63,997 nt of DNA, filler included, from Perkinsus olseni (GCA_013115125.1; 10 parts of 10 records of this genome joined end to end with filler, not necessarily neighbours in it); one strand, 5' to 3'. Positions 50,401 to 62,874 are shown, numbered from the whole stretch's first letter. The notes: a model not told the origin generated them from the letters alone. Program-made: numbers and translations.

Positions 50401-51098
50401 GTGGTAGTATTCATACTACAGGCGTTATCATCATCATCGTACTCGTCTTATTCTCCTCGACATGTAATGCTCCTCTCAGCGTCATCGTCCACAGACGGGA
50501 GTCCGCCGTCATTAAGGGTAGCAGAATGTGATGCTAGTGATAAGAAACAACAATGGGAATGGATACATAAAATACAAATACGTAACGATGATACTACAAC
50601 AGCAAGAGTTGTTGTTGTGGTAGTAGTAATAATGATGGCAGGTAATGTTGCGCTACAACAGTGTCTGGATGCTGCCGATGGTAATACGCCCATTCTCTAT
50701 ACATGCTATGGGGAGGAGGAATATAATATTGGGCAACAGTAATAATAACACATATGATAATAATCATGCTTCTACCTCATATTATGTTGGTTGATGTTAT
50801 TATTATTATTATTAGGTTTATCTATGATAAGGATAGGGGTACGTTGATGAACGCTAAGACGTACAAGTGTATTGACTTGCATACGGAATCGCAACATGAT
50901 CTCATCGAGTCCCCTCCCTTCATTCAAACATCAGCACAATGTCATCAACAACCACAACAAGGAGAGCATCCAAGTGTAGTGTGGGATGAATATTTACCAT
51001 TCGTACCCTTAGAGACGAGACTTTATGCAGCATCATCATCATCACCAGCTGCTGCTGCTGCTGCAACTGATCATAATAATGATGATGATACGCCTTAA
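47401..51098 (+). CDS. GALNT: Polypeptide N-acetylgalactosaminyltransferase (GT27) with ricin-type lectin region, many exons
   Basis: N-terminal TM segment; YSIVLPCANEG, EIIVVDDGS, GLINAKSVG, FLDCHV (DxH), PIMIGGLLA, YDSGMVGWGGENIDQSLRIHLCGG and SYVAHMW motifs; C-terminal CLD...C...QQW/F ricin repeats. Confidence 0.95.
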
Positions 51099-51234
51099 GT
51101 GCTGATATTAGCCACTCATTAGTCTTATCAGTTCTCCACTTTACCACTCTTGCTTTTATAATTACGTTTCCTTCTCGTCGTCATGGGTGGTGGTATTGGG
51201 TACCAGCAACAAGAACTTGTGATGGTATCTTGTT

Positions 51235-51235
<1 letters not shown>

Positions 51236-51301
<66 letters not shown>

Positions 51302-51308
51302 TGTTGTT
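51236..51308. repeat. (TAG)n microsatellite
   Basis: Perfect run at the contig end. Confidence 0.95.
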
Positions 51309-51408
51309 NNNNNNNNNNNNNNNNNNNNNNNNNNNNNNNNNNNNNNNNNNNNTTAATTAATTAANNNNNNNNNNNNNNNNNNNNNNNNNNNNNNNNNNNN
51401 NNNNNNNN
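51309..51408. other. Artificial contig linker
   Basis: N44-TTAATTAATTAA-N44. Confidence 0.98.
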
Positions 51409-51742
51409 CAAGTTCTCCTCTGTAACAGCAGGGTTGTTTAGAAATAAAGGCAGCAGCAGCTCGTCAACGTCCAAGCAGAACCCTTAACAACAACGGGACC
51501 CATCGCCAATATAAGCCACTGTCAATTTTGCTTCTATCCATGACCCATCCTTGCGTGCTCAGTAGTTGGGGAAGAGATCCACACCTCCAAGCGATTTCTC
51601 GCGAGCAGGCAAACTCCATGGTACCAGCTAGAGGGAAAGACAACGTGGCGTTGCCCAGTTAGTATCCTGTTCTTGTCGATTGCCGAGCAACTTTTAAACG
51701 CAAGACGATTGGGCCATCCGAAATAGGGCATCGACACATCAG

Positions 51743-53200
51743 CTATTGACATGGACTGTTCAAAGCGAAGGCCCTCGTGACTTCAAGTCGGTCTTTGAAC
51801 TTGTGCACTGTGAGGACTCCCCATGGCGCAGCGAGTACTTCGTCCGATAGAGCGGCTACAGGCTGCTGCCACATACCCTCCACGTGGACTCGTTCGACAC
51901 TAGCAGCATCAGAGCATCTGCCGAGCATCACGTCGAAGTTGGTGTTTGCCATTTTACAGCTGCCGCTGTTGGCGGCATTGACGATAGCGTGCACGGCGGG
52001 TATCGTGAAGACGACGCCGGCCCCTCCAGTGGGGTAGATCGTGTCCCAGGCCTGGTACATGTACCCATGGATGGTGGGTCGAGATGGCGTTATGTCCACC
52101 AACAGACTCGGTAGCAACTCGAGGTTCCACGCTGTGTCGGAGTCGAACCCAACAACATACTTGGTCCCAGCCGCTAGCTTTCCTTGGTTGTATTGGCGGG
52201 CAATCCAGTCGAGGATGACGAAAGCTCGCTGTTCGTATAGCCGTTTGTGCCTCCACCCAGCGAAGTGCTCGTCCACCACTTCTATGACGTTAGCATTCGG
52301 GCATGCAGCTCGTATCTCGCTCGCGTTCTTGCTCGAGAAGATGTAGGTCTGATTGGCTACAGGGGAGGCCCAGTTGTCCATGGCAGTTCGACACTCTCTA
52401 GGACTGTCGGTCATCATAACGAAAACAGTGCTCTTCAGGAGCTCTGCCGCAGTGTCGGTACATCGCCCCCGCATCGATTCTGTTGCACACTCCGGACAGC
52501 CCAGCAGGCCACTGCCATCGGTGATGTTGACTGCGAAGTGTTTTTGAAGGCAGGCAGCGAAGAAATGCTCATGATAGAAGCCGTGCTCGCGTCGACAACT
52601 GGATCCTTCTTTCGAGATCTTCCCCCGTTTGGTGTCGATACTGCGGGCGAACTCTCCAGAAAGGACAACTCCCTTAGCGAAGGAGGGTACGATCGACTTG
52701 TACTTGAACCACTTGCTCTCACCGAACTCGCCCACTCCGTACACCTTGTCCGCTTTAATCGCGCTGAATTGACGTAGGAATGGTACTGGGTGAATCTTCG
52801 ACGACGAGCTGACCAGAACAACCGCGGTATACTTCCTCGGGATCTTTTCAAGATACTTGAGAATCGACAGCGTGCCAGGCGCGGTGGTTGGGCTTCGGAC
52901 TATGTCGAATTGCGTCGAGCAGTCATCGTCAGCGGATATAACATCAGAGCGAGGTGCTCCAGACACTACGATGACGAGGACAGGGCCACCAGTGCATCTC
53001 GCTTCTTGTTCGTAGTGGGCCAACGCTTCTAGAGGTCGGAATGTGCTCGGAATTGTGGTTGTTCGATAGGTTTGATCGGGCTTGCCGCTTCGATCGAGCC
53101 GTGACAGGCTGGTGGGGTCGACCCTCCAGACGCGCAGTAGTAGGACGAAAAGGATGATGAGTAGCCCTACTTCGAAGATATGCCGAGGGAGGATGGGCAT
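51743..53200 (-). CDS. GT31 (Fringe/beta-1,3-glycosyltransferase-like) type II membrane protein, intronless
   Basis: Likely start MPILPRH with a TM helix (the ORF is open to 53383). Motifs YVVGFDSDT (DxD), YPTGGAGVVF, DVMLGRC and LTVHK. Confidence 0.82.
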   Translation of the reverse strand: MPILPRHIFEVGLLIILFVLLLRVWRVDPTSLSRLDRSGKPDQTYRTTTIPSTFRPLEALAHYEQEARCTGGPVLVIVVSGAPRSDVISADDDCSTQFDIVRSPTTAPGTLSILKYLEKIPRKYTAVVLVSSSSKIHPVPFLRQFSAIKADKVYGVGEFGESKWFKYKSIVPSFAKGVVLSGEFARSIDTKRGKISKEGSSCRREHGFYHEHFFAACLQKHFAVNITDGSGLLGCPECATESMRGRCTDTAAELLKSTVFVMMTDSPRECRTAMDNWASPVANQTYIFSSKNASEIRAACPNANVIEVVDEHFAGWRHKRLYEQRAFVILDWIARQYNQGKLAAGTKYVVGFDSDTAWNLELLPSLLVDITPSRPTIHGYMYQAWDTIYPTGGAGVVFTIPAVHAIVNAANSGSCKMANTNFDVMLGRCSDAASVERVHVEGMWQQPVAALSDEVLAAPWGVLTVHKFKDRLEVTRAFALNSPCQ

Positions 53201-54952
53201 TGAGTACTCGAAGGCGGACGCTGCACAGAGTCCGAGAGTCGCCACGATCGGCTCAATAATAGGGATTACTGGACCCGTTCGGCCAGTCGAGTTGCGTTCT
53301 ACCCAGTGTAGGCTAGCTAGTGACAACGCAAAAGACAAATGATGAAGGACAACTGAAAAATTCTGAAAGCAATCAATGATCACATGCGGGGAGGGCTGTT
53401 AAGGCCTAGCCCTGCGAGTGTTGCTGTGTGAAGAAGGACTTGGCATGGTTAACGGCCGGTCCCTGAGCGAGGGCTGAGTTCACTTTGCTCAGCCCTCGAA
53501 AGCAGTGAGGAAACGCATTACGAACCCCACCCTTGCCTTGGCAGTTCGACCGATGGTGTACGGGTCTTCAGAGGCTGCGTAGTGTGTCTATGGATCGCTT
53601 CATGGAACTGTTGTGCATGGTTGCCAACATATCTCCTCAGGAGTATCTTACCGCGTGAACCGTCGGATGGTCCTCCGCGGTCCCTGGCCCTGGCCCTCTG
53701 CGACGATGCGTTGATCGACTCTGCCGTGCTGATGACTTGTTTGACAGAGTGTGCTCCGACGCTGTGTATGGGCGGAATCTGATATCCGAAAGATGACGTC
53801 CTCTCTGTAACCGGAGATTATGCAGCACTTTACACAGAGGGAGCTGCGCGTTGTGGAGCCTCGTCAATCCTGTTGCTGCTAACATAACGCCATAGCTTGC
53901 GGTCATTGAGCACCTGGGATCATCCCACCATGCTGGAACGTCAAGGGCAGAACATGTCCTCGCACCACTGGAAGAGCGTGACCCACCTTCTGGACCAGGT
54001 GCGCGCTGTACAACTGCCTTACGCCCATCCTGGTCTCATCCCGTAGCGGATCGAAACTAGACTTGCCTGTGCAGCAGAAAGGTTAACTGTTGCTAAGGTG
54101 AGCGAAGAGCTACCGGCCGGCGGGGTGCATCTACCCCGGTACACAGCGTCCCTGTGCTCGTCGGGTCGGCTCCCGAAGAAGTCGTCGTAGACTGTGGTAT
54201 CCCGTCGGGAACTGCTGTGAAGCGAACAGCGAGGAACCATCGGTTGAAAACAGATTCAAGGCAAATACTCCGGCTTCTTTTTCGTACGATCAAGGAGCCT
54301 CACCTCGACATTATCCGCTCCCGAATGGACCTCTGTCCGAAGCGATGCTCTGCGGCTAGCCTGTGCTCCGCGTCGACTATCTGTGAAGTGTCAGAGGTGC
54401 CCTCTCCCTGGAAAGTCTGTCTCTACCTGTCTCCACCGTCTATCGGCTTCAACACCAGATGCGTCCATCTTGAGAGCTTTGCCACTGACTGATTTCCCGG
54501 GACTACCGATGACCATTTTGGATCAAGCGTGCTGGCTCACGAGCGATGTATCAGCAGCGCGAGAAGTTTTCTTCATGTGGAGACACATGACGGCCCACGA
54601 GCCGCCTTATCCACGCCAGTGTTAGATCGGACGGGCTTTAACGCAACATCTGGGATATTGAAAAATCGACCGTACTCAGCGGAATAAATGCGGAAACAAG
54701 GCCCTCAAGCCAGCACTAAAGCCCTCATCCAGCGCATCTGGTACTGGTTACGAGGTTACCGTCTCTGCTGCTCCCCTATCGCCAGCGGTATAGAAGAACA
54801 GCAGCTGCGGTATCAGCCCGGAGATGGAAAAAACAGACCCGCAAAGACAGATGAAGCAGCATACTACATGGGAAAAACAAAATATGTTTGAGATCTAAAC
54901 TCGGACAAAAAAGAGCTGCTGGTGCAGTCGGGGCAAACAGTGCGGAACGCAC

Positions 54953-56638
54953 TCATTGTGGTCTTTCGATAGAGAATGTATCCTGTACGGTCATGTCCCC
55001 AAGAGAAGCGTTATAGCCCCAAAACGATCCGCGGAGCTCGTTTCTGCCGACGACGTCGAGCTCGACATAACCGACAACGTCCAATGCTTTCTCCAAGTGA
55101 GCCATCGTCCTGGGCGAACACCCAGAATCTAGAAAACGTCCCGAGCCGGCCAGCACGTGGACTGTGCCGTTGATGGGAGCGGTTCGGGCGTACCTGTGCA
55201 GGTGGCCCGTGAAATAAAGATCGACGTTGTACTTCTGGAGGAGAGGGGCCACATTAGCTTTCAGCGCATCCGCGATCCCTCCGTCGTACTCATCGAAGGG
55301 ACACGACGAGTACATCGGTCTGTGACCAGTGACGATGACCCACGGTGTCCTTGTGCGGTTAACACTCGAGAGGTCATTCTCTAGCCACTGATGCTGAGCA
55401 CTGCCATCGAGGTAATCGTGCACAGTAGACATCATAACGTAGTGTACCGCACCATAGTCAAATGAGTACCAATATTTAGGCTCAACCCCTTCCCCTACTG
55501 GATACCGGTGGGTAAAGGGAACACCACACTCGCCACCCGAGTCGGGACTCTTATAGTTGCCGAAAGGTGGATACCATCCCGATGGATTATTAAATGACAC
55601 GAACTCATGGTTACCAACACTAGTCACGAGCTGGCGAGTCATGCCAGTGCTGTTCTCGATCTCTCCACCGAATTGGTCCCAGACGGTGGAGAATCCACTA
55701 GCGTAGGCGACATCGCCGTAGATGATACTCAACCTGATTTTATCGTTCTTCCTCATGTGGGACAACACGTGATCAGGAGCCGGGGCCGGGAACTCGAGGG
55801 TCCCGAAACCCCAAGCCTCGCCGATCATGCGCGCACCAGTCGTTCCCAGGTCACCAACGAGGAACACACTGTGCCTTAGAGGGTTCCCAGCGAGGAGGCG
55901 AGGAGAGGTAGTGAACGTTCTAGAAGTACCGTTGCCTGTCTTGATCTGGACAGTACCACCCTGAGCTACGTTGGAGAGCATAACCGAATGGAAGAATCCG
56001 GGATTCCGATACCCCTGACCGTTCGCTGGGGCATAGCACATATCCTGCTCACTGTAAGTGCGGGGATCACTCGTCTCATCGTAGCGAGTCCATGCAGTGC
56101 TACCGAGGGTCTGGTAGTATACTTGACCACGGTCGCTGGAAGCGCTCAACCAATTTACTCGGAGGCGATCATCACCATTCACAGTTATATGTGCTTGGGT
56201 TGGCTCATCATCACCCTGGGTGAAGGTTAGATCCGTGGAACATACCTCGTCACCATCACCAGTAAGATACTTGACTACGTATCCACCACCGCGTGGGTTA
56301 ACAGGTCGAAGCTCGTAGCCTTTGCTCTCATTGAGTGCAGATAACTTAATACGGAACATGCTCAATATCGGGCGGTCCTTCGGAGAAAAAACGATAGTGT
56401 CTCCAGCAAGGGGCCGCTGGCCTTCAGCCAAGGTGATCTTCACGGGATCGTAACTGTGCTGCAGGACAGTGGGGCTGAGCCCGAAGTGTGACTCATGGCA
56501 ACCCGAGATGTTGGCGGGAGGATCCACTGTAGACGGAGGAACGCCGCTATGGGCGGTACTCCGGGAAGGGGAAGAGGAGCAGCCCGCGAGAAGGTGAAGG
56601 AAGATAAACAGCGGAACCGCTGCGACAACCTTCTTGAT
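54953..56638 (-). CDS. Purple acid phosphatase (metallophosphoesterase), intronless; start codon uncertain
   Basis: All five PAP metal-binding blocks are present: GDLG, GDVAY, GNHE, GHRPMY, GHLH. Also DSGGECGVP and YWYSFDYG, with an N-terminal hydrophobic signal. Confidence 0.92.
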   Translation of the reverse strand: MKKVVAAVPLFIFLHLLAGCSSSPSRSTAHSGVPPSTVDPPANISGCHESHFGLSPTVLQHSYDPVKITLAEGQRPLAGDTIVFSPKDRPILSMFRIKLSALNESKGYELRPVNPRGGGYVVKYLTGDGDEVCSTDLTFTQGDDEPTQAHITVNGDDRLRVNWLSASSDRGQVYYQTLGSTAWTRYDETSDPRTYSEQDMCYAPANGQGYRNPGFFHSVMLSNVAQGGTVQIKTGNGTSRTFTTSPRLLAGNPLRHSVFLVGDLGTTGARMIGEAWGFGTLEFPAPAPDHVLSHMRKNDKIRLSIIYGDVAYASGFSTVWDQFGGEIENSTGMTRQLVTSVGNHEFVSFNNPSGWYPPFGNYKSPDSGGECGVPFTHRYPVGEGVEPKYWYSFDYGAVHYVMMSTVHDYLDGSAQHQWLENDLSSVNRTRTPWVIVTGHRPMYSSCPFDEYDGGIADALKANVAPLLQKYNVDLYFTGHLHRYARTAPINGTVHVLAGSGRFLDSGCSPRTMAHLEKALDVVGYVELDVVGRNELRGSFWGYNASLGDMTVQDTFSIERPQ

Positions 56639-57610
56639 GGTAGGGAGGCGAGGAGGAAAGACCACACGACAACAAAAGAGGTATGACAGGGATTCCTGAA
56701 CGCCATCACAAGATTGATCAGCACTCCTGACGTCAACAAACTCTCATCAAGGCGGCGCACGCGTGACAACGCCGCACGCATGCACACACAACTGGCGACA
56801 AGTCTGATCCAATCTCTTCGTGTTCACTCGTCGCCTCACAGTTGACAAGCGAGTAGATGCCCGGGGAATCGGCGACCATCATTCGTTCGTCACGGAAGGC
56901 CGCCAGCAACCATGCCAACGCCAACTAGTGTGCGTTAGTCGCTGTCTCGAATTAGCACGCATGCCCAGCCTACTCGGTATGGATATGCCGAATCGAAATT
57001 GTCGAGCACACACTCCTGTCACGGTGACGCGGAGCACCGACACTGGAGTTTACTCTCGGACGGGTCTGCGGATGAGCTTAGGGTTTGGTTCTCGACACCC
57101 TGAGCACACTTGCGATAGGACGGTTAGTCATTCCTTGCTAGTGTAGTTGAAGAGTTGATTCCCTGCGGAGCTGGCCAACAAGGGCGGGAGGGGGAACAAA
57201 TGATATAAAAACTTTCACATCTCCTATGGCGAGTAGGCGAATAGTCCATGGCGGGGCAGAACGAACTCGGGATTAGGAGCTGGAGTGCCGCCCGGTTTTA
57301 TACAAAGTCTCCTCCAGATACCCTTCCATTCCTAAATGAGTGCCTCACTCATTATGAGTCCAATGCCAGGACCCCTACCCTAGAATCGAGTCTAAACGCC
57401 AAGTGAGGGGTGATGGCCGGACGAGGGCAAGGACACGCCACAACCACTTTGATGTGTCCCAGCCGTCGATCCCTGTGTGCCTGAGGCGCATCCAACACGC
57501 CCGACGGTTTCGACTCGGAACCATGGGACGTCGGGGGTGAATAAAAATTTTCGGTACTGAGATTTATGGTATAAATTTGGATATTGCTCTGATTCAGGCT
57601 CACCCGTGAG

Positions 57611-57684
57611 CACTACACCATTTCCAGACCTACTTAGTAAAACCCCAGAGCAAATTAGTAAATCCCCAGAGCAATTTAATAAAG
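57611..57684 (+). mobile_element. DNA-transposon terminus CACTACACC... with 21-bp subterminal repeats
   Basis: Matches 25814..25886 in reverse complement and carries TTAGTAAA(A/T)CCCCAGAGCAA x2. The contig ends here. Confidence 0.8.
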
Positions 57685-57784
57685 NNNNNNNNNNNNNNNN
57701 NNNNNNNNNNNNNNNNNNNNNNNNNNNNTTAATTAATTAANNNNNNNNNNNNNNNNNNNNNNNNNNNNNNNNNNNNNNNNNNNN
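57685..57784. other. Artificial contig linker
   Basis: N44-TTAATTAATTAA-N44. Confidence 0.98.
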
Positions 57785-60700
57785 AAAATCGGGGAATCTC
57801 GCTGCTAACAAGCCTTCCCAGAGTGAAAACAGCAGCTCACCCGATGGCTCTCCAAACGGATAGATAAAAAGATATAATATACGAATAACTCGGTGGACGT
57901 ATCTTCGACAGTGTAGAGTATTTTGACGCTCGAAAAATACTTCCATGAGCCACGACAAACTCCAAGGAAAAAATTCAAGGCACCACTGATTCCTTTCGAA
58001 ATCAAAAATATGCAAAAAATTGTAGAATCGGGGATTTTCCGTGAAAATCTGAAGAGAAAACTCGAAATTTTTCAAGTTTCGTATCACTCAAAAGGACAAT
58101 GCTCGGCTTCTTACTTACTCCATCAGATGTGCTAACTGGATCGCCCTTAAACAAAATGTCATCAGCACGATTCCACGTGCCACCCGTACTGACGAATCCG
58201 ACCCTGCGCTGCTCACCATCGGCCGTTCGAACTTCCTCCCATCCGCTCATCAAAGAATCAGTATCATCGCTGGACATCACAGCTGCCTCCCAACCTTCCC
58301 CATCTCTGGGAGGCGCGCGAGGATCCTGGCCGCCCAGAGCTGCGAGACTCCGCCGACGCACCGGTCGCGGGAAGCTCGACGCCGTAGACCTGAAATCGCC
58401 TGGGATTCACGGAATGAAATCACTGCGCAGGTTATGGTCAATATAAACCTGATACTATGATTCATACGGAAAATGTTTTTCAAGAGAAATTTTCATTAAA
58501 AAATATGTTTTTCAAATGCAGCAGCGAGACTTCATGATTTAAGATTTAAGTTACTGTGCATTTGAAAGACACATTTCGGTACAGCGTTCAAACGCCTTTT
58601 GGCAGCTGCCTGAGATCAGCTCTCCGTAGTCGACAAAACCTTTCCACTAAGTCGCAACTTACAGTACGCAGAGTGGTCAGTCACCGCACGCGTAATCGAT
58701 CAGCTGCTGATCGATAATCCTTCCTCTGATATGTACATAGCTAGGCTCATTTCAGCCCTACCATGCGCACTCTAAAGGATTCTCCAAACGACACACTTAT
58801 CTTTACCTGAGAACTTCTTTCTCCTCTTCACTCGGCCAGAATCGACTCTCTGCCCCCAATCGAGCTTTCCCNNNNNNNNNNNNNNNNNNNNNNNNNNNNN
58901 NNNNNNNNNNNNNNNNNNNNNNNNNNNNNNNNNNNNNNNNNNNNNNNNNNNNNNNNNNNNNNNNNNNNNAATACCAAATTTGTCCGACATCATGTAAGAA
59001 CATACCTCCCAAGATACAAATCGTATCGCATCAGACGACAGAGGGAATCCCCACATCTCCTTGCGAAAAAAATCCTTCGCAGTGCGCTACAGATTCTACT
59101 GAAGACCTTCTATTCAAGTGAATATCATTCAACTCCTTCGATCCCACTTCCGTTAGAACTGTACGACGACAGGATTCCCATTCTCGCCCAATACGAGAAG
59201 AAGATGCTTACAGGAGCGACCAAGTGTTACTTAAAAAAGTAGAAATAACTAAGACAAACTCAATGCATCCTAGGGAACTCCGCGATTGGTATGAATCATT
59301 GCAAGATTCTACAGAAACATTCGTCAGCTATCGTATGAAAGCTCGATTTCATATCGCCCAACCGCCGTTGACGCACTTCAAGCGACTCTCGACCCCCAAA
59401 ATTCGAACAGACAAAACGTATCTTCCTTACCCGTTTATGATGAGGCGGAGTATAGCTTCTACTCCCCACTCGGCAAACGAAGTTGTCGTAGAGAGTCGAC
59501 GGCAGCGACGGCAGGAACGTCTTTCCTCTGGACCTTAACAAACAGAAAATATCTGCCGGAAACTCTGAGATTTTCGGATGATATTATCCGACGAAATCCA
59601 TGCATTAGTGCAATTGAAGCCCCTTCAAGTCGATGCCTTGCGAGCTCTCAGCGCCGTGCCGTCTGTCTTAGCCGTCCCATGCGTGCTGTCTCCCTAGCAC
59701 TAGCTTCCAATGACGTTCGTTTTGTGATGAAGAAAGATGAGATTCATCACCGCTGTTAATTACATCACCGTTCGGGTGACTGCGCATGGCCAGTTCAAAG
59801 CCGAACGAATCATGCGGGCTTAGAGTGATGACACACGAGAGAATTTTTTATTATTAACTAACTATTCAGCCCAAACGATGTCACTCGGAAGACCACCGAC
59901 CACCCAGAGCTACAACTACCTCGTCCCACTCTCGGACGTCCGAATTTTTCTGCCCGAGTCATCAGACTCCTGCGTGGACGCTGTGAAAGAGCGAGCGTTC
60001 ACTCTGAAATAACAACGCAACTAGCTCGAATCATTTCAGTAACGGTGAGATGTTGCAGGAATCTTAGTTGGCAGCTGGATCGACGAGAATCTCGTCCTCA
60101 CAATTCCTTCACTACCCAGTCCTATAAATCCACTCCTACGTTTTTACCCTCACTAGACGAATATATTTGCGAATGGTGCGGTACTGCTCCTATAATATTG
60201 GTCATAATATGAGAATCCCCACCTCGAAAATCACCAAAAAAACCATTTGTAAACAAGAATCCTACCATCCTACTCGCGACTCTGCACGCCCAGCTCGTCT
60301 CTATTCACCCCGTCCACCACTTCTTCCGCCGTTCCCTTCGCTTCTGCCTCCTCCAGTAGGCGTCGGTTAGCCTGAGGTTAGAATCATTCCAAGACGATAA
60401 TAAAGATAATCCTCTCTGCCTCCGAGATGAGTACCATCTCACCTGCGTGCTGCAGGGTCTCAGCCCCTGGCGTCCGTCGTCTAGTCGTTTACGATTGGCT
60501 GCTTTCAACTGATAAAAAAGCAAACTCCCTCTAGAATCATTTGTGCGAGGGCAAGGGCAATCTGTAGTTAGCGATAGTAAGTGTGCTAATCTCACATGAG
60601 AACTACTACGTTCCACACTTCACGGAAACTGCGAAAAAGAACCAAAAAAATAAGGATAAAAACAGAAACTGGAGAAAAAAGTAACCTAGCGAAAAGTGGA

Positions 60701-60879
60701 GTGTGAAATCAAGCAAAAATCGAACAAAAATAACGTAACCGAAAAATAACCTTTTCTTCTTCGCGAAATGAGGTTTTCGTGAGGTGATTTGCCTTCATAT
60801 GAAATCAGATTCGCGCTTCTCACTCCGCGAAAAACGCCACTTCACGTATTACGCGTAAAACTCAATTGCCAATGTAATA

Positions 60880-61060
60880 CAAAAATTGCGAAGCGAGCGA
60901 AGCGAGCGGAGCATATACGGTCACTTCCGCGCCTTTTTGTGCGTTCGTTCGTTCGTTCGTTCGTTCGAATTATTTCTCCACGACTATGTCGATTGAACTC
61001 GCGAGACACATACCATTCGAAAGCCCGCGGTCTGTGCGTTCTATGAAAACTAAGAAATCG
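60880..61060 (+). mobile_element. Possible non-autonomous Helentron/DINE-like element
   Basis: (GCGAAGCGA)2 followed by a (CGTT)n tetranucleotide microsatellite and a palindrome-rich core. Resemblance in architecture only. Confidence 0.35.
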
Positions 61061-61126
61061 CTCTCATCTCCGTTCTACCAACCAAAACCGTCGTGGACCG
61101 TTTTAGATGAACCATAAAAAATACGG

Positions 61127-61165
61127 AAAAACTCCCGGGCTGGGGTTCGAACCCGACACTTTTAG
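61127..61165 (-). pseudogene. tRNA 3'-half-like fragment (B box) with T5
   Basis: Minus strand GGGTTCGAACCCCAGCCCGGGAG-TTTTT. No D arm or A box. Confidence 0.35.
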
Positions 61166-61645
61166 CCGAGCTCCGCTTTTTCGTCACGAAGGCCTAGTGA
61201 TATCAATGAGAATAATATAAGGACGGGGCGGTGGAGTGATTTAATCGCTAAATATATATGAGCTACCTAGCTAAAAATATTCAGTAAATATTCGAAAAAA
61301 AATAAATTTTCCGCAAAATAATTTTACACAAAAACTAAGATAATCCCGTCCTCCACTCCTTCTCACCAAAGTAGAGCCCGTTGCCAACCAAGCTTTGTTG
61401 TCACTAACGTCCGCAGACTTCTGCATGAACAGAGACACCGTCGGGAAACCGTTTGAGCGTATCTTCGGTGGAGGATAGCTGCGACCAGCTCCACCCGACC
61501 TCCGCTTTTCTGAAAATTTGAAAAAAAATTCCCGGAATTGAAACCCCGATTCTTCCTGAAAACCGGGAAAATACAGAAATAAAGTTTTTCCTGAGGAAGG
61601 AAACATTAATTTTTCTTGCGGGCCTGAGCGATCAGAGAAGTAACT

Positions 61646-62050
61646 GATCGCCAGTTAGGACTGTCAAGCCCCGTCCCCTGTCAGCATAACACAATAGAAC
61701 TGTGCGGTCACCAGCTCTATCACACTAGCCTCCCGTCCTTAGTGCCAGTTCTCTCAGCTACCCGCTCTAACCCGTTCACTATGAGCCCAATCAACTTATG
61801 TTGTGTTTCACTACTACATCGACTACAACGAGATTCTGTGAGTGTCTTTGCTTCCGTCACAATGTAGTCGCGATCGCCCATCGACCGTCAATCTTAGGAC
61901 ACTGCCGAGATAACACAATAGTGTGTTCGCTAGCTCTAATATACTAGCGCCCAGTTATTCCCTCTGCACTATTTCGTTCACTATAAGCCCTATCTACTTA
62001 CGATGCTTTCTACTACTACTAAATTACCTACAACGAGATAGTGTAACTGC
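61646..62050. repeat. Diverged ~225-bp tandem duplication
   Basis: The blocks gatcgcc, ttaggac, ataacacaatag, agctcta, cgttcactat.agccc and ctacaacgagat recur in the same order (ataacacaatag at 61686 and 61910). Confidence 0.75.
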
Positions 62051-62874
62051 TCCCGCAAGAATTACTTCGTGACGCCAGCAACCAGGACGACTCCTCGTTC
62101 TCTGCCACTTCCGCTGATACCACATCTTCCACAATTCCCGTCGCCTCCAGGGGAGCTGAGACGACAAGACCGCCATCAAAGACGATAGAAGGAATGCAAG
62201 CTCCAACGATCTATCCCTATTAACAAGAAAAATCATTCCTCAACTGCTCGCGATATCAAAACGACGTTAACAATGAGCAAACTTTCGTCACGCGCTAAGA
62301 TATTCACAATCGATCAGCCGTTTCGCGTGTGGAACGGACGTTTGACTGGTCTAAGATTACTGTACCCCTGGGCGTCGAAAATTACCTATACTCAGAAAAG
62401 TGGCGAAGAAACAACATAAACTGTCATCGAAAATTCACGGTTTTTATGGCCGCCTCGATAAAATTCAGAGCCCTGGCGCAGAAACTCGGGAAATTTTTCG
62501 GTGGCACGGGTCGACTAACGAAGGTTGACTGCTCCCGGTGACCAAATTGGCGGCTACAAGGTCTACACGGCCGAGCCACGTCCACAGAATGCTGAGAGGA
62601 AGAAGTGAGGACGCCTCACTCAGAGACAGCCTGCTCGACCTCCTGAAGTTGTCCAGGGAGAAAGATACGTTCCGCAGTTCATCACTGTAGTACCCTCTCA
62701 CGACCAGTCGCCGAATGCCGAACTGATAACGTCGAAACCTGAGACACACCACGCGAATTACCCGAAATTTCCGAAAGTTTTGCACGAAAAAAATATTTTT
62801 CCTACCTGCTGCGACAGAGGAAACAATGGCATCATAGAGAAGCTATCAACAATTCGCGGAAGTTCCATACCATT

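Noticed and set aside
47401..53200. ppGalNAc-T next to a GT31 enzyme as an O-glycosylation gene cluster
   Set aside because: The two genes are on different contigs separated by the linker at 51309-51408, so the adjacency results from size sorting.
6366..57784. Regularly spaced TTAATTAATTAA motif every ~6.4 kb as a biological repeat system
   Set aside because: It is always centred in exactly 44+44 N, and the segments between shrink monotonically (6361, 6350, 6337, 6336, 6291, 6288, 6280, 6276 bp). This is an artificial concatenation linker.
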